From positions 1 to 52,864 of the forward strand of contig JAZDKQ010000031.1 in the NCBI GenBank assembly GCA_043802865.1: 52,864 bases of DNA, given 5' to 3'. The notes under the pieces are model-generated. The model saw only the letters and a list, made by a program, of their open reading frames with translations. It had not been told where the DNA came from and did not search any database. How positions within the stretch are numbered: position 1 is the first letter of the stretch; the number at the start of each line of letters is the position of its first letter. The DNA comes from Candidatus Moraniibacteriota bacterium. Its GTDB lineage: Bacteria; Patescibacteriota; Minisyncoccia; Moranbacterales; UBA11712. The translations under genes and the position numbers were made by a program. Below, piece by piece: positions 50,364 to 52,864 of this stretch.

Positions 50364-51188
50364 ATGCCTAAAATAATTGTCGTCGAGGATGATCCGATGC
50401 TCGGGGAAATATATGAGAAAAAATTCAGCGATGCCGGATTTGAAATGAAGCTAGTAACCAGTGGAAAGGCAGTCGAAGGCGATGTGGCCGCCTATCAGCC
50501 CGAAATGGTGCTTCTAGACATCGTTCTTCCTGATATGGATGGGTATGAAATTTTGGAAGCTTTGTCGAAAAATGACGCCACTCGCTCTGTTCCGGTCTAT
50601 GTTTTCAGCAACTTGAGCGCGAAAGAAGATATCGAAAGGGCGACAACTCTCGGAGCGAAAGGATTCATCACAAAATCAAGTTTCACTCCGTCTCAATTGG
50701 TTGAGGAGGTGAAAAAAATTCTTGGGAGTGCTCCGGCTGTGGAAGATACAACTGCTGCAACAAGCGTTCCAACCTCAAGCGGCGCCGAAAAATCTATTTC
50801 GAACCAAAAAGAAAAAAACAGTCACAAAGTTCTGATCATTGAAGATGAGGATGTTTTCATTGAAATGTTCGGTGATAAATTGAAACAGGAAGGATTTGAA
50901 GTTGTTTCAGCCAAAAACGGAAAATGGGGACTCAAAGAGGCCGAAGAGGGCGGATTCAGTTGTATCTTGCTTGATATGATGATGCCGGCGATGAATGGAT
51001 ATGAAGCTGTCAAAGAACTGCGCGCAAACGAAAAAACGAAAGATACGCCGATCATCATCCTTTCCAATTCAGCGCTTGACAGCGAAGTGCAAAAGGCGAT
51101 GGAACTCGGAGCAAACGAATATTATATCAAAACCCAAGTGACCCCCGGCGAAGTGGCGGATCGGGTGAAGGAATTGATCAAGAAATAA
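50364..51188 (+). CDS. response regulator with two tandem receiver (REC) domains and no output domain
   Basis: REC1: IIVVEDDP...MVLLDIVLPDMDGYEIL...FSNL...KGFITKS. REC2: VLIIEDED...CILLDMMMPAMNGYEAV...LSNS...EYYIKT. The two are joined by an approximately 35-aa linker. Confidence 0.85.
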   Translation: MPKIIVVEDDPMLGEIYEKKFSDAGFEMKLVTSGKAVEGDVAAYQPEMVLLDIVLPDMDGYEILEALSKNDATRSVPVYVFSNLSAKEDIERATTLGAKGFITKSSFTPSQLVEEVKKILGSAPAVEDTTAATSVPTSSGAEKSISNQKEKNSHKVLIIEDEDVFIEMFGDKLKQEGFEVVSAKNGKWGLKEAEEGGFSCILLDMMMPAMNGYEAVKELRANEKTKDTPIIILSNSALDSEVQKAMELGANEYYIKTQVTPGEVADRVKELIKK

Positions 51189-51201
51189 GTAGCAGCCGTT
51201 T

Positions 51202-51243
51202 CCTAACATTCAATGTTAGGAGCGCCTAACATTGAATGTTAGG
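51202..51243. repeat. two tandem 19-nt palindromes that are reverse complements of each other
   Basis: CCTAACATTCAATGTTAGG (51202-51220), then agcg, then CCTAACATTGAATGTTAGG (51225-51243). They can fold as two hairpins or as one 19-bp hairpin. The 3' arm contains the AGGA of the aspS SD. Confidence 0.9.
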
Positions 51244-51250
51244 AAAATTT

Positions 51251-51676
51251 ATGCAGCGAACTCTGATTGCAGATACAACAAGCAATATTGATCAAACCGT
51301 GAAAATTTCCGGCTGGGTGAAAACCCGCCGCGACCACGGAAAGATCATTTTCATCGACCTCCGCGACCGGTCGGGTGTTTTGCAATGCGTGATCACACCG
51401 GATAAAAAAGAAACTTATGATTCAGCTCAGCATATCAGAAGTGAATTTGTGTTGGAGCTTGAAGGTTTGGTTAAAAAACGCCCTGAAAACGCTGTTAATC
51501 CTGAAATTGAAACTGGCACCGTCGAAATGGAAGTGACAAATATCAATATCCTAAATGAATCCAAAACGCCTCCTTTTGAAATTGAAAAAGATACGAGCGA
51601 AGTGAGTGAGAAAGTAAGACTGAAATATCGCTATCTTGATCTTCGGACTGACCGAATGAAAAAAAAATATTATTGA
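51251..51676 (+). CDS. aspS: aspartate--tRNA ligase, N-terminal (OB-fold anticodon-binding) fragment; frame broken in an A9 run
   Basis: MQRTLIADT...[31 protein letters not shown]...[10 protein letters not shown]. Ends MKKKYY* just after the A9 run at 51659-51667. The ATG at 51251 is preferred over the track start at 51236. Confidence 0.85.
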   Translation: MQRTLIADTTSNIDQTVKISGWVKTRRDHGKIIFIDLRDRSGVLQCVITPDKKETYDSAQHIRSEFVLELEGLVKKRPENAVNPEIETGTVEMEVTNINILNESKTPPFEIEKDTSEVSEKVRLKYRYLDLRTDRMKKKYY

Positions 51677-51728
51677 AAGAGCAAGAATAATCAAATTCAT
51701 TCGTGATTTCTATACGGAAAAAAATTTC

Positions 51729-52637
51729 GTGGAAATTGAAACTCCGATTCTGACAAAGGGAACGCCCGAAGGAGCCCGAGAATTTATTGTTCCCTCGCGC
51801 CTGCATCAAGGAAAATTCTATGTTCTTCCCCAGTCGCCCCAGCAGTTCAAACAGCTTTTGATGGTCGCGGGAATTGAAAGATATTTTCAAATTGCCAAAT
51901 GTTTCCGGGATGAAGATCAAAGAGGGGATCGCCAGCCTGAGTTCACCCAGCTTGATGTTGAGATGAGTTTTTCCGACGAAAAAGAAATCCAAGACATTTA
52001 CGAGGAATGCTTAATTGAACTTATTAAAAAATATTATCCGGAAAAGAAGATTACGCAAATTCCTTTTCCAATAATGACCCACGCCGAGGCCATGGGAAAA
52101 TATAACTCGGACAAACCTGATTTACGCAGTGATAAGAATGACCCGAACGAAATGGCCTTTTGCTGGGTAGTGGATTTCCCGCTGTTTACGCGGGACGATA
52201 AGGGAAATCTGAACGCCGAACACCATCCGTTCACCGCGCCCAAGCCTGAGGACATGCATCTGCTTGACTCAAATCCGGACGCAGTTAGAGCGCAGGCCTA
52301 CGATATTGCTTTAAACGGCAATGAAATAGGTGGAGGCAGTATCAGAATCCACAAAAAAGAGCTCCAGCATAAAATTTTTGAAATCTTAGGCTTGGACGAA
52401 AAAACTATTCAAGAAAGATTCGGTCATATACTTGAAGCTTTTGAATTTGGCGCTCCGCCCCACGGCGGAATTGCCCCGGGTATTGACCGTCTCGTCATGC
52501 TTTTGATGGACGAGCCTAATATTCGCGAAGTAATGGCTTTCCCAAAAACCGGAGAGGCAGAGGACTTGATGATGAGCGCGCCGAGTGAAATAGATGAAAA
52601 ACATCTAAAAGAGGTCAAAATAAAAAGAATCTCTTAG
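51729..52637 (+). CDS. aspS: aspartate--tRNA ligase, catalytic fragment (+1 frame; this frame is open from 51660)
   Basis: From 51660 this frame reads [47 protein letters not shown], continuing the N-fragment homology. Motif 2 is [20 protein letters not shown] and motif 3 is [13 protein letters not shown]. There is no GAD insertion domain. Confidence 0.85.
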   Translation: MEIETPILTKGTPEGAREFIVPSRLHQGKFYVLPQSPQQFKQLLMVAGIERYFQIAKCFRDEDQRGDRQPEFTQLDVEMSFSDEKEIQDIYEECLIELIKKYYPEKKITQIPFPIMTHAEAMGKYNSDKPDLRSDKNDPNEMAFCWVVDFPLFTRDDKGNLNAEHHPFTAPKPEDMHLLDSNPDAVRAQAYDIALNGNEIGGGSIRIHKKELQHKIFEILGLDEKTIQERFGHILEAFEFGAPPHGGIAPGIDRLVMLLMDEPNIREVMAFPKTGEAEDLMMSAPSEIDEKHLKEVKIKRIS

Positions 52638-52643
52638 TTTTTG

Positions 52644-52864
52644 ATGACCCCAAAACACAAAGAAAAATTGAATAAGATTTTGCTCAAATATATTTATTTT
52701 TGTACATTCCTCCTGGGCGTTTCATCGGCCTTTGTTTTGTATATTGAGTCCGATTATTTCAAAATCGGATTTGGCAGCGAAAATATAACTGTTTTCTTTT
52801 TAGTCGCATACGGCTTGGCGCTAATTCTGATGCTCAACTGGCATCATCTCATCCGAAAATACGG
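52644..52864 (+). CDS. 5' part of a membrane protein gene (runs off the right edge)
   Basis: The ATG at 52644 opens MTPKHKEKLNKILLKYIYFCTFLLGVSSAFVLYIESDYFKIGFGSENITVFFLVAYGLALILML..., with no stop before the window end. Hydrophobic and transporter-like. Confidence 0.4.
   Translation, partial: MTPKHKEKLNKILLKYIYFCTFLLGVSSAFVLYIESDYFKIGFGSENITVFFLVAYGLALILMLNWHHLIRKY

Noticed and set aside
1-52864. Alternative genetic code (UGA recoded, as in some CPR lineages).
   Set aside because: TGA terminates several highly conserved proteins exactly at their expected C-termini (infA, ftsA-like, DpnI-type, rplQ, ispH). No conserved gene shows an in-frame TGA aligned to Gly or Trp.
1-52864. CRISPR arrays, rRNA genes, and integrase, transposase or phage structural genes.
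   Set aside because: No regularly spaced direct repeats of 24-40 nt, no rRNA-like conserved strings, and no DDE, tyrosine- or serine-recombinase motifs were seen in any long ORF. The repeats found are single palindromic elements or heptad arrays.

Overview
The window looks like a streamlined, moderately AT-rich bacterial chromosome segment, most consistent with a CPR/Patescibacteria (Parcubacteria-like) genome. That assignment is an inference from gene content: minimised aaRS genes, ribosomal proteins with K/E-rich tails, PEGA and IPT/TIG surface proteins, many GT4 enzymes, and a membrane-anchored Clp-like ATPase. Standard code 11 is in use; TGA, TAA and TAG all end conserved proteins at the expected C-termini.

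Layout:
- 1-1.5 kb: visibly GC-richer left edge carrying a Pro-rich protein tail, a small secreted protein and an L,D-transpeptidase.
- 1.7-12.7 kb: surface-glycan locus with an O-antigen-ligase-like protein, three GT4 enzymes, an IPT/TIG protein, a Wzz-like protein, rmlCBDA and galU.
- 12.8-17.5 kb: membrane proteins, FtsA-like ATPase and a 638-aa membrane protein.
- 17.5-19.5 kb: AT-rich islet with a truncated DPPY methyltransferase stub, a full-length DpnI-type methyl-directed restriction enzyme and two small ORFs.
- 19.6-23.9 kb: infA-rpmJ-rpsM-rpsK-rpsD-rpoA-rplQ-rplM-rpsI.
- 24-31 kb: PEGA protein, prmC-prfA, rpmE, rpsB-tsf and a PSP1 protein.
- 32 kb: tRNA-Thr and tRNA-Tyr.
- 32-45 kb: Clp-like ATPase, pheST, Nudix hydrolase, valS, ispH, proS, an acidic Cys-rich protein and glyA.
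- 45-52.9 kb: unknown proteins, histidine kinase, nucleotide-sugar dehydrogenase, tandem-REC response regulator and aspS.

Most notable observations:
- The DpnI cassette apparently replaced most of a methyltransferase gene, immediately upstream of the ribosomal operon.
- Two essential aaRS genes are each split by a single-nucleotide frame change: valS at a GAGAGGGG site and aspS at an A9 run.
- Perfect palindromes or hairpins sit in-frame inside prmC and pheT, alongside MITE-like TIR elements between genes.
- A heptanucleotide (GTATTTT/TAGTATT) repeat family occurs both between genes and in-frame in a glycosyltransferase.
- A double 19-nt palindrome overlaps the aspS ribosome-binding site.

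No CRISPR array, rRNA gene or transposase was seen. All family assignments come from motif recognition by eye and need database confirmation.
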